Of a stretch of 28,748 nt of DNA, positions 16,264-25,191 are shown one piece after another; position 1 is the first letter of the stretch, and the number at the start of each line of letters is the position of its first letter. Under the pieces are notes generated by a model, which worked only from the letters and a program-made list of their open reading frames with translations, was not told the DNA's origin and ran no database searches. This DNA is from Gemmatimonadota bacterium (GTDB lineage: Bacteria; Gemmatimonadota; Gemmatimonadetes; Longimicrobiales; Gaopeijiaceae): assembly GCA_039589315.1 (NCBI GenBank), contig JBDHHQ010000058.1:1-28748 (forward strand). Direction: 5' to 3'. The position numbers were made by a program, and so were the translations under genes.

Positions 16264-17829
16264 TCATCGCAATCGGAAACGCTGGATCTTGCCGGTAGCG
16301 GTCTTGGGCAGCTCCTCCACGAACTCGATCCAGCGGGGCCGCTTGTACGCAGCCATGCTGTGGACGCAGTGGTCGACGAGCGTCGCGGCCAATTGGTCCG
16401 AGGGGGTCGCGCCCGGGGCCGTTACCACGTAGGCCTTCGGCTTCACGAGGCCCGCGGAGTCTCTGGCACCGACCACGGCGCACTCCAACACGGATTCATG
16501 GCCGATCAGGACGCTTTCCACCTCCACGGGAGACACCCAGATGCCGCCGACCTTGAGCATGTCGTCCGACCGTCCGGCGTGCCAGTAGTATCCGTCCGCG
16601 TCGCGGTAGTACTTGTCACCGGTGTTGAGCCACTCGCCCAGGAAGGTGTGCCGGCTTCGGTCGGCGTCGTGGAGGTAGAAGTGGGCGGCAGTCTCGCCCT
16701 TCACATGCAGATTCCCGACTTCACCGTCGTGCACCGCACCACCGGTTTCGTCCACGATGCGGACCTCGTATCCCTCGACGGCCTTCCCGCTGCTGCCGGG
16801 GCGTATGTCGCCGGGCCGATTGGACACGAAGATGTGGAAATTCTCGGTCGAGCCGATGCCGTCGAGGATGTCCAGGCCGGTGCGCTCCTTCCACGCCTTC
16901 CAGAGCGGGGCCGGGAGCGCTTCGCCGGCGGACACGCAAAGACGCAGGGAGCCCAGGTCGTACCGCTCCGCCAGGCCCTCCACGGCCAGGGCCGAGGCGT
17001 ATCCGGTCGGAGCGTTGAAGAGGATCGTGGGCTGCATGCGCTGGGCCGCGTCCAGGACATCGGCCGCATGTCTCGGGCTGCCCGCGAAGAGCGCGGCCGA
17101 AGCGCCCACGTACCACGGGAAGATCAGGTTCCCCCCCAGACCGTACACGAAGAACAGCTTGGCGACCGAGAACGTGCGGTCCGATTCCTCGAGGCCGAGC
17201 GTCCGCACACCCCAGAGCTCGGCGGTCAGGGGGAGGTCCTTGTGGGCGTGGAAGATCCCCTTGGGCTCGCCGGTGGTTCCGCTGGAGTAGTTCAGCGTGG
17301 CGAAGTCGTCGCGATGCGTCGCCGCCGTCTCGACGGTGGTTGAAGCGCCGTCGATCCACTCGGCGTAGGTGATCCCGCCGTTGGGAGCTCGGTCTCCCAC
17401 GACGATGAGGTGCTCGAGGAACGGCAGGCGGTCGGTGACCTCGAGAACGGCGTCCAACAACGAGGCGTGCGCCACCAACACCCTCGCCCGGCAGTCGTTC
17501 AGCACGTACGCGTACCCGTTGGGCACGAGCAGCGTGTTCATGCCCACGGCCACCCCGCCGACCTTCAGGGTGCCGAAGAACGTCGTGACCCACTCCGCCG
17601 TGTCGGGGCAGAGGATCGCGACGGGGTCACCGACGCGGACCCCCACGGCACGCAGCGCGCTCCCCACGCGATTCGCCTCGCGGGAGACTTCGCTGAAGGT
17701 GAGGGTCCCTTCGTCGGTCAACAGCGCCGGCTTGTCCGGACGCGACGCCAGGTTGGCCTCGAGGATCTCCACGGCGTTGTAGTGGAGCGGTAGGTCCGCG
17801 GTGCCGGTGATCCCCCGTGAGCCCGTCAC
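16264..17829 (-). CDS. Benzoate-CoA ligase family aryl-CoA ligase
   Basis: YSSGTTGEPKG, KLFFVYGLG, SAGEALP, DGIGSTE..HIF, TGDKY, GRSDDMLKVGG, LPKTATGKIQR. Start (GTG 17829) is approximate. Confidence 0.9.
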   Translation of the reverse strand: MTGSRGITGTADLPLHYNAVEILEANLASRPDKPALLTDEGTLTFSEVSREANRVGSALRAVGVRVGDPVAILCPDTAEWVTTFFGTLKVGGVAVGMNTLLVPNGYAYVLNDCRARVLVAHASLLDAVLEVTDRLPFLEHLIVVGDRAPNGGITYAEWIDGASTTVETAATHRDDFATLNYSSGTTGEPKGIFHAHKDLPLTAELWGVRTLGLEESDRTFSVAKLFFVYGLGGNLIFPWYVGASAALFAGSPRHAADVLDAAQRMQPTILFNAPTGYASALAVEGLAERYDLGSLRLCVSAGEALPAPLWKAWKERTGLDILDGIGSTENFHIFVSNRPGDIRPGSSGKAVEGYEVRIVDETGGAVHDGEVGNLHVKGETAAHFYLHDADRSRHTFLGEWLNTGDKYYRDADGYYWHAGRSDDMLKVGGIWVSPVEVESVLIGHESVLECAVVGARDSAGLVKPKAYVVTAPGATPSDQLAATLVDHCVHSMAAYKRPRWIEFVEELPKTATGKIQRFRLR

Positions 17830-18070
17830 CTCGCGCCGAGTCCACCCGCCGGGTGCGCCAGGCTGCCTGAGATCCGTCGAATCCGCCTTCGACCCATTTC
17901 GCTCCCGCCCGAGGCTGGGGTGGTCGCCCGTGAAGGCAGCGGGCCCCGAGTCCCCGCCGCATCGGGGCAAAGGTGGCGCACGCGGACCGGGCGTTCAACC
18001 TTAACGGACCAGCCCTACACGAGGCGGGCCCACGGAATGCCCCCGGCAGGACCGGCTCACCGAGGCACAG

Positions 18071-21000
18071 ATGACGCGTCGCCCCATCTTTTGGACAATC
18101 TTTGCCGTGGTGGCCGTTCTCGGCGCCGCCGTCGGCGTGCGCTACTTCACCGTCGCGCTCCCGATCGTCGCGCTGGACATCAGCATGGACCGTGCTACGG
18201 CGGAGGCCGAGGCGGGCCAGGTCTCAGAGCGGTTCGGGTGGGGTCCGGAAGACGCCCAGTCGGCCATCTCCTTCGGCCAGGTGGACTCGCTGGCCCAACC
18301 CTATGTGGAGCTCGAGAGCGGCGGACGGGACGAGTTCTTCGGCCTGGCGGAGCGAGGGGTGTACCACTCGTTCGTCTGGACCGTTCGGCGGTTCGCGGAG
18401 GCCGACCCCGAGGAGAGTCGCGTCTGGTTCACGCCGTCCGGAACCCCGTATGGCTTTCGCCTGACGCTCCCTGAGGAAGATCCGGGGACCGGGAACCTGT
18501 CCGGAGACAGGGCCCGCGCCGTGGCCGAAGACGCGGCATCCGACTGGAGCGTCGTCCTCGAGTCGTTCGAGCTGCTGGAGTCCTCGGTGGAGACGACGCC
18601 GTCCGGCCGCGTCGATCACACGTTCGTCTATGCGCGAGAGGACGTGAGCCTGGGCGAGGCCGAGGTGCGCCTTCAGCTCGGGGTGGCCGGGAGTCGGCCG
18701 TCCGAGGTTCGCCACTTCGTCCACGTGCCGGAGTCGTTTGCCCGGCGGTACGGCGAGATGCGGTCCGCGAACGACGCCATCGCCCTGGGTGCGAACGCGG
18801 TCTTCATCCTCGTGTTCATGCTCCTGGGTGCCGGTGTCGGCACGGCATTCCTCCTGAGGAAGCGATGGGTGCTCTGGCGCATTCCGCTGATCTGGGGGGC
18901 GCTTGTAGCGACCCTCTTCGGGCTCAACCTCCTCAACGCGCTCCCCCTCTCGTGGATGCAATACGACACCGCGGTGCCGCGCAGCGTGTACCTGGGACAG
19001 CAGCTCCTCGCCGCAGGCGGGATCGCTCTATTGGGGACACCGCTGCTCGCCTTCTTCTTCATGGCGGGGGAGTCGCTGGGTCGAAAGGCCTTCCCGGGCC
19101 ATCTGCAGCAGTGGCGCTTCTGGTCACGAGACGTCGCGGCCTCCACCCCCGCCCTGGGACGGACGCTGGCCGCGTACCTGCTCCTCGGCCTGGAGCTGGG
19201 CTACATCGTCCTCTTCTATCTGGGGACGTCGCGCCTGACCGGGTGGTGGACCCCGGCCAGCCCACAGGTCCAGCCGGATTTGCTCGCCACCTACCAGCCC
19301 TGGCTCGGGGCCGTCTCCGTGTCGCTGTTCGCGGCTTTGTGGGAAGAGAGCGTCTTCCGTGCCGTCCCCATCGCGGCGGCGGCGCTCCTGGGCTCCAGAT
19401 TCGGCAGACGTAATGCCTGGATCTGGGGTGCGATCGCCCTGCAGGCTGTCGTGTTCGCCGCCGGCCACGCGAACTATCCGCAGCAACCGCCGTACGCCCG
19501 GGTGGCGGAGCTCACGCTGCCGGCGTTCGGCTGGGGCGTAATCTACCTGTATTTCGGCCTGGTCCCCACGATCCTTACGCACTTCCTCTACGACCTCTCG
19601 CTCTTCTCCTCGTTGCTGTTCACCTCCGAGGGGCCGGGGATACTTCTGGATCGTGGCATGATCATCCTCGCGGGCCTGGTGCCCCTGGTCATCGTCTTGC
19701 GGGCGCGGTCCAGGGGTCGGGCCCGCTCCGCGGCGCCGGAATCGGCGTACAACCGGGCCTGGTCGCCACCTGCAGCGGCTGAAGTCGCCGCCGAGCCCGC
19801 GTCGGCCCCGGGAGTCACGCCCCAGGCCGAGGGTTCGCGGGCGCTGCCGATTCCCGCCGGCGTGATCTACGGCGCTGGAGCGGTCGGCGCGCTCCTCTGG
19901 GTGATCTCGACGGCCGCGGCCGATCGCCCAGCCGGCTTGACGGTGACCAGGGGAGAGGTGGTGGAGGCCGCCGAGGAGCGGCTCGCCGCGCAGGGGGCCT
20001 CCGTCGAGAGCTGGACCGCCCTCGTACGAACCCGCAACGGCCGCCGCCCGGCGAGCAACGGCGGCGAGTCGCCGGCGGATCCCCATCGCTACGTCTTCAA
20101 CGAGGCCGGTCCCGACGCGCACCGGGCGCTGTTGGGCGAATACCTCCCGCCGCCCCATTGGCTGGTGCGGTTCGTGGACTTCGGCGCCGAGCCGGAAGAG
20201 CGGGTGGAGGAGCACCGTGTCTATTTCGGGGGTGGAGGAGACGTCCTTCGAGCCGCCCATCTGCTGCCCGAGGGACGTGCGGGCGCGAGCCCGACTCGCG
20301 ACGAAGCGCGGAGCCTGGCGCTGGCGACGATCCGGGAGTGGTTCGCCCTGTCCGAGGAAGCCCTCGCGGAGGTGGGCGCGGAAGAGACGGGGCAGCCCGC
20401 CCGCCGAGACTGGGCATTCACGTTCATCGACCCCGCCGTGCTCGCGGACGTCGAAGGGGAGGCCCGGATCGCGGTGGAGATGACGGGCGACGCCGTGGCA
20501 GACGCGTATCGTTACGTGCACGTTCCGGAGGCGTGGGTGCGGGCCGAGCGGGAAGCGTCGAGCCGCAGAACTCTCATCAGCGGGGTGGGCGGGGTCCTCC
20601 TGTTCCTCGCCTATGGCACGGCGGTCATAGCGGCGATCGTGGTCTGGGGCCGCCAGCAGCTCCTGGGCGGGCTCGTGATACCGGTGGCGGCCGTTGTCTT
20701 CGTGGCCACGGCGGCCGCTCGCGTCAACGGCTGGCCCATGACCGTCGCAGCGTTCTCGGCCACCCAGCCGTATGGTCTCCAGGCGGGCACCGCCCTCTTC
20801 GGTTTGACGTTGCTGGCGGTGGTGGCGGCCGGCGCCGTCGGGCTGGCGGTCGCGCTGGGCCACTCGTGGTTGGACCCCAGGACCCTCCGCGGCCCGCCCC
20901 CCTTCGTGGCGGCTTCGCTCGGCCTCGCGCTGGCAGGCCTGGCGAGCTGGGCGGCATCCCTGGCCGGCGGGCTACCCCGGCCGCCCGACTACGCGCCGGC

Positions 21001-21442
21001 AGCGTCGATCCTGCCATTCGCATCGGCGTCGCTGGAGGCCGTGACCCCCTTCCTGTTCGCCACCTCCGCCCTGCTGTTGCTGGTGGCGGCGTACCAGCGC
21101 TTCGGCAAGCGCCCTGTCCCCATGGCGCTCATCGTGCTCGCGTTCCTGTCGATCGGCGTCCTGCAGGTGCCTCGGGAGTTCCAGGAGTCCCTCGGTCTCT
21201 GGGCGTCCGGCGGCGCGCTGGGTGGTGCGGTGGTCTGGGGGGTCGTCCGTCTCGCCGCTGCGCACCCGGCGCTGGTGCCCGGTATCGTAGGGACCACGGC
21301 GGTCATGGGCCTGCTGGAGGTCGTGATCGACGCGCCCTACCCCGGCGCCCGCTTGGGCGCGGCCCTCGGCGTGGCCGTGATCGGAATCGTGGCGCGAATA
21401 TGGATGCGAACCCTCGCACGACAAGGTGAGGTGACTCGATGA
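18071..21442 (+). CDS. Large CPBP (CAAX protease/Abi) family intramembrane metalloprotease with internal duplication
   Basis: WEESVFR (EExxxR), FAAGH (FxxxH), HFLYD (HxxxD) motifs; many TM helices; two similar soluble domains each ending (F/Y)VHVPE. Confidence 0.88.
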   Translation: MTRRPIFWTIFAVVAVLGAAVGVRYFTVALPIVALDISMDRATAEAEAGQVSERFGWGPEDAQSAISFGQVDSLAQPYVELESGGRDEFFGLAERGVYHSFVWTVRRFAEADPEESRVWFTPSGTPYGFRLTLPEEDPGTGNLSGDRARAVAEDAASDWSVVLESFELLESSVETTPSGRVDHTFVYAREDVSLGEAEVRLQLGVAGSRPSEVRHFVHVPESFARRYGEMRSANDAIALGANAVFILVFMLLGAGVGTAFLLRKRWVLWRIPLIWGALVATLFGLNLLNALPLSWMQYDTAVPRSVYLGQQLLAAGGIALLGTPLLAFFFMAGESLGRKAFPGHLQQWRFWSRDVAASTPALGRTLAAYLLLGLELGYIVLFYLGTSRLTGWWTPASPQVQPDLLATYQPWLGAVSVSLFAALWEESVFRAVPIAAAALLGSRFGRRNAWIWGAIALQAVVFAAGHANYPQQPPYARVAELTLPAFGWGVIYLYFGLVPTILTHFLYDLSLFSSLLFTSEGPGILLDRGMIILAGLVPLVIVLRARSRGRARSAAPESAYNRAWSPPAAAEVAAEPASAPGVTPQAEGSRALPIPAGVIYGAGAVGALLWVISTAAADRPAGLTVTRGEVVEAAEERLAAQGASVESWTALVRTRNGRRPASNGGESPADPHRYVFNEAGPDAHRALLGEYLPPPHWLVRFVDFGAEPEERVEEHRVYFGGGGDVLRAAHLLPEGRAGASPTRDEARSLALATIREWFALSEEALAEVGAEETGQPARRDWAFTFIDPAVLADVEGEARIAVEMTGDAVADAYRYVHVPEAWVRAEREASSRRTLISGVGGVLLFLAYGTAVIAAIVVWGRQQLLGGLVIPVAAVVFVATAAARVNGWPMTVAAFSATQPYGLQAGTALFGLTLLAVVAAGAVGLAVALGHSWLDPRTLRGPPPFVAASLGLALAGLASWAASLAGGLPRPPDYAPAASILPFASASLEAVTPFLFATSALLLLVAAYQRFGKRPVPMALIVLAFLSIGVLQVPREFQESLGLWASGGALGGAVVWGVVRLAAAHPALVPGIVGTTAVMGLLEVVIDAPYPGARLGAALGVAVIGIVARIWMRTLARQGEVTR

Positions 21443-21789
21443 CGGACTTCGTGGCAATGAAATGCGTGGCCTGCCGAGTGGGGGCACCACCCGCCACCGA
21501 GGAGGAGCTCGATTCGTTCCTGGAGGATCATCCCGAATGGCAGCGGACGGATGTGGACGGCGTGCCGCAGCTTCGTCGGGTCTTCGCCTTCGACGATTTC
21601 GTGACCGCGTTGGACTTCACGATTCGAGTGGGCCGGCTGGCGGAGGAAGAGGACCACCACCCCGCGATCCTGATCGAGTGGGGCAGGGTCGAGGTCCGGT
21701 GGTGGACCCACAAGATCAAGAGCCTGCACCGGAACGACTTGATCATGGGAGCCAAGACCGACCGACTCTACGGGGAGGCCAGCGAGTAG
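21439..21789 (+). CDS. phhB: Pterin-4-alpha-carbinolamine dehydratase
   Basis: AEEEDHHP catalytic motif, WTHKI..L..ND.IM.AK.D, N-terminal CxxC; ATGA overlap with the upstream gene. Confidence 0.92.
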   Translation: MTDFVAMKCVACRVGAPPATEEELDSFLEDHPEWQRTDVDGVPQLRRVFAFDDFVTALDFTIRVGRLAEEEDHHPAILIEWGRVEVRWWTHKIKSLHRNDLIMGAKTDRLYGEASE

Positions 21790-22069
21790 CCGACACTCGC
21801 CGCGATCGTGTCCGGATAGCGCCCGAGCGGTCCGACAGCGACATCATCCATCTCCCCACAGACACCCGGACGGCTCTTGGGCATCGTCATGGTAGTGGCG
21901 TCCGGGCGGGACGCCACCTCCTGCGCGGCCGGATTCCCGCTGGAGCAACCCGAAGCGACGTCGGGGCGGCACCGAGATGGTCGCTCGAGGATGTCAAAGG
22001 CCGGAGCGTCGGGATCCGCGATGCGGACGACCGAGACCACCCGGTGACGCGGGGCGGCTCGGCCGGGCC

Positions 22070-25000
22070 GTGCGGCTGTTGGTGGCTGCGTTGGCGACTT
22101 TGCTCGTCCCCGTCGCAGGCCTCGCCCAGCAACGCTGGCAGCAGGAGGTGAGCTACCGCGTCCGGGCCTCTCTGGACGAGCCGAACCGGATCCTGGAAGG
22201 CAACCAGTCCGTCCTCTACCGGAATCGCTCGCCGGATACGCTGCGGTCCATCGCCCTCCACCTCGATCTCAACGCGTTCCGCCCCGGCTCCCAGTGGCTG
22301 GCCGCCGACTCAGCGGCGGGTCTGCACCGCTACGACACGCTGGGGGATTCGGCCTCCGGCTTCCATCGCGTCCGGGGCGCCGAGGCGGGAGGCGAGGTCC
22401 TCGCGCCTCAGTGGCCGTTCGCACCCGACAGCACCGTCGTCGCGTACGAGTTGCCGGAAGCGCTGGCGCCTGGGGACTCCGTCCGGGTCACGTTGAGCTG
22501 GGTGGCGAGACCCCCGGCCCGTTCCGTGACCGCGCACGACCCTCGCAGTTTCGACCTCAGCCACGCGCTTCCGCGTGTCGCCGCGTACGACCGTCACGGA
22601 TGGAGCGTGCGACCCCTCCTGCCACCGGGAAGGACCGCCGGCGACTTCGGCACGTTCCTGGTGGAGCTCGACGTCCCGGACGACCAAGTCCTAGCGGCCA
22701 CGGGCGTGCCGCTGTGCGGCGACCCGGGCTGGACGGACGCCCGCCGGAACCCGTCCACGTCCGTGACGCACGCCACGGACGCGTATCCCGCGCCCCGCGA
22801 CCCGAAGGCTGCCCGCCTCCGGACCTGGTCGGACGGCTGCGCCGGCCCGGCCCCCGGCCGGAAGACCGTGATCTGGTACGCCGAAGACGTGACCCACTTC
22901 GGTCTGCTGATGGATCCACGCTACCGATACGAAGAGGGCGACATCTTCGAGCTGCCCGTACGGGCCCTGTACATGCCGGAGGACGATCGAACGTGGGGGG
23001 CGGGCCTGGTCACCGGTCGCGTGGAGACAGCCCTGGCATGGTTGGCGGAGCTGCTGGGTCCCTACCCCTGGCCCCAGCTCACGAGTACGCATTCGACGCT
23101 GGAGAGCGCCACGGACCATCCCATGTTGGTGCAGAGTGTCGAGCCGAGCGTCGTCACGATCATCCACGACGTGGGGCGCAGCTACTTCGGGGGCCTGCTC
23201 GCCAACGACCCCTGGCGGGACGCGTGGCTCGGCGAAGGCCCGACGCACTTCCAGCGGACGTGGTTCTTCGAGGCCCAGGGCGTCCGAGGCGAATACGAGG
23301 CCCTCGAAAAGCGGGTGCTCGAATGGGAGCTGGACGGACTAGCGGAGCCCGTGAGCCAGCCCGCGGATCGGTTCCGTGACCCCGACACCTATCGCGCCAT
23401 GAGCCGGGAGCGGGGCGAGCTGTTCTTCCACCAGATGAGGGAGCTCGTCGGCGAGGGGGCCATGCGCCGGCTCCTACGGGCGTACTACCAGGCGGGCCTG
23501 GGGCGACGTGTGGACGAGTCCCTCTTGCTCGAGGTGGCCGAGACGTCCACCGGCCGGTCGCTGAGCGGGTTCTTCGATCAATGGCTGGGCTCCACCACCC
23601 TCTACGACTATGCCGTGGGGGGTGCAGAGCGCGTGATGCTCCCGGACGGACGGTGGCGGACGTCGGTACAGGTCGAACGCAGGACCGCGGCCGATTACCC
23701 CGTCGAGGTCTGGGTCCTGGCCGAGGGAGACACGGCCATCAGCCGGACGAGCGGGTCGGGCGAACGCGAGCTGGTGGACATCGAAACCGAGACCCGGCCC
23801 CGCAGCGTCCTCATCGACCCCCGCGGCCGCAGTCACGACTGGAACACCCTCAACAACCGGAAGACCTTCGGGTTCCGCAAGTCTCTGCTGCTGCTCCGGC
23901 CGGACCGGCCGCAGGACCACTACCTGGACACCTATTTCACCCGCAGGACTCGTCGGGACCGACTGACCGTGGGTTGGGCGCCCCTCGCCTGGTACAACGA
24001 TGCCGGGGGATGGACGCTGGGCTTGCGCAACCGTGACGATTACCTGGGTCGCTATGAGCTCCACAGCGTGGCTCTGACCCAGAGCACGGGGCTGGGGACG
24101 ACCGACGGGCGCACCGATTTCGACGTGCGTCTCACACTACGGAATCCCGTGGCGCTGCGGTCGCCACAGCTCGCACAGCGCCTGGATCTTGCCTGGTCCG
24201 AAGGCCGCGTTGCAGCAGCGGTCCGCGTGGAGAGGGGGCTCCGCAGGAGCCTCGGCGACCCGCATGACCGCAGCGTGGGCCTGTCGCTGGCCTGGCTCTC
24301 GACCCGCGTGCCCGCCTACCTCGACCCTGGCTTCTACGACGACGCCGGGACCGTCGAGCTCACCGGCACCTTCGGTCTCCGCAGCCGGGGCGGATCCTGG
24401 GACCTGACCCTCGACGGGGGCTTGGGGGGAGGGTGGATGTACCGGGACTCGACAGCTGCCGACCCGGACCTGCGACGGGAGCAGCCCTACGCGCGGGTCA
24501 TCGTGAGCGCGACCGCGCGGCGATCGCTGGGCGGGCCCATGACCCTCGCCGCCCGCGTCTACGGCGGGGCCACGATCGCACCGGACGATCTGGTCCGACA
24601 ACGCCTGATCTACCTGGCCGGCGCAGACCCCTACGAGCGCTATGCCAATCCCTTCCTCCGGTCACGCGGTTCGATCCTCGCCCGGGACGGCGTGCTCTAC
24701 CATCAGCCGGGCGGCGCCGGCGTCCGAGGGCTGGATCCGCGCACGGCCGGCCGGCAGGCGTACGGGCTGAGCCTCGAGTTCGAGAACCGTCTTTGGTGGG
24801 GCGGCGCGGGACTGTTCGGCCGTGGAGCTCTGGCCCTGTTCCTGGATGTGGCGCTGGCCGACGGCGACCTGGACGACTCAGGTGGCCGCGTCCGTGGCGT
24901 TGGGGACGCGGGTCTGGGCTTCCGCATCGATCACCGGATCGGCCAGACGCCGTTCCAGACCCGCTTCGACTTCCCCTTCTGGGTCAGTCGGCCGGCCCTG

Positions 25001-25072
25001 GCGCAGGACGACGGGCCCGGTGACCAGGAGTTCGGGGTGCGTTGGAGCTTCAGCTTCGTGCCGGCGTTCTAG
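22070..25072 (+). CDS. Secreted M1 (gluzincin) aminopeptidase homologue with degenerate active site, fused to a C-terminal probable outer-membrane beta-barrel
   Basis: Signal peptide ..AGLA/QQRWQQ; M1-type WQQ.V.Y, YRN.SPDTL, GPYPWPQL; HDVGR-x18-E; beta-strand-rich C-terminal ~350 aa ending WSFSFVPAF. Start uncertain (GTG 22070 or ATG 21977). Confidence 0.85.
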   Translation: MRLLVAALATLLVPVAGLAQQRWQQEVSYRVRASLDEPNRILEGNQSVLYRNRSPDTLRSIALHLDLNAFRPGSQWLAADSAAGLHRYDTLGDSASGFHRVRGAEAGGEVLAPQWPFAPDSTVVAYELPEALAPGDSVRVTLSWVARPPARSVTAHDPRSFDLSHALPRVAAYDRHGWSVRPLLPPGRTAGDFGTFLVELDVPDDQVLAATGVPLCGDPGWTDARRNPSTSVTHATDAYPAPRDPKAARLRTWSDGCAGPAPGRKTVIWYAEDVTHFGLLMDPRYRYEEGDIFELPVRALYMPEDDRTWGAGLVTGRVETALAWLAELLGPYPWPQLTSTHSTLESATDHPMLVQSVEPSVVTIIHDVGRSYFGGLLANDPWRDAWLGEGPTHFQRTWFFEAQGVRGEYEALEKRVLEWELDGLAEPVSQPADRFRDPDTYRAMSRERGELFFHQMRELVGEGAMRRLLRAYYQAGLGRRVDESLLLEVAETSTGRSLSGFFDQWLGSTTLYDYAVGGAERVMLPDGRWRTSVQVERRTAADYPVEVWVLAEGDTAISRTSGSGERELVDIETETRPRSVLIDPRGRSHDWNTLNNRKTFGFRKSLLLLRPDRPQDHYLDTYFTRRTRRDRLTVGWAPLAWYNDAGGWTLGLRNRDDYLGRYELHSVALTQSTGLGTTDGRTDFDVRLTLRNPVALRSPQLAQRLDLAWSEGRVAAAVRVERGLRRSLGDPHDRSVGLSLAWLSTRVPAYLDPGFYDDAGTVELTGTFGLRSRGGSWDLTLDGGLGGGWMYRDSTAADPDLRREQPYARVIVSATARRSLGGPMTLAARVYGGATIAPDDLVRQRLIYLAGADPYERYANPFLRSRGSILARDGVLYHQPGGAGVRGLDPRTAGRQAYGLSLEFENRLWWGGAGLFGRGALALFLDVALADGDLDDSGGRVRGVGDAGLGFRIDHRIGQTPFQTRFDFPFWVSRPALAQDDGPGDQEFGVRWSFSFVPAF

Positions 25073-25150
25073 TGTGGTGCTTCGGCAGCACCGCACCAGC
25101 GTGGTGCCTCAGCGCTGGAATGGCACAGGACTCCTGATGCACCACGCTGG
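25072..25150. repeat. Two adjacent inverted repeats between convergent genes (probable terminator region)
   Basis: GTGTGGTGCT..AGCACCGCAC (25072-25096) and perfect 12-bp CCAGCGTGGTGC (25096-25107) / GCACCACGCTGG (25139-25150). Confidence 0.55.
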
Positions 25151-25191
25151 CGTTGACCATGGCGCGGCCGCAGGACCGCCGAGACGATGCG

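Noticed and set aside
18071..21442. CPBP/Abi protein as an anti-phage abortive-infection system
   Set aside because: The Abi label for this family is historical, and there is no defence-island context here.
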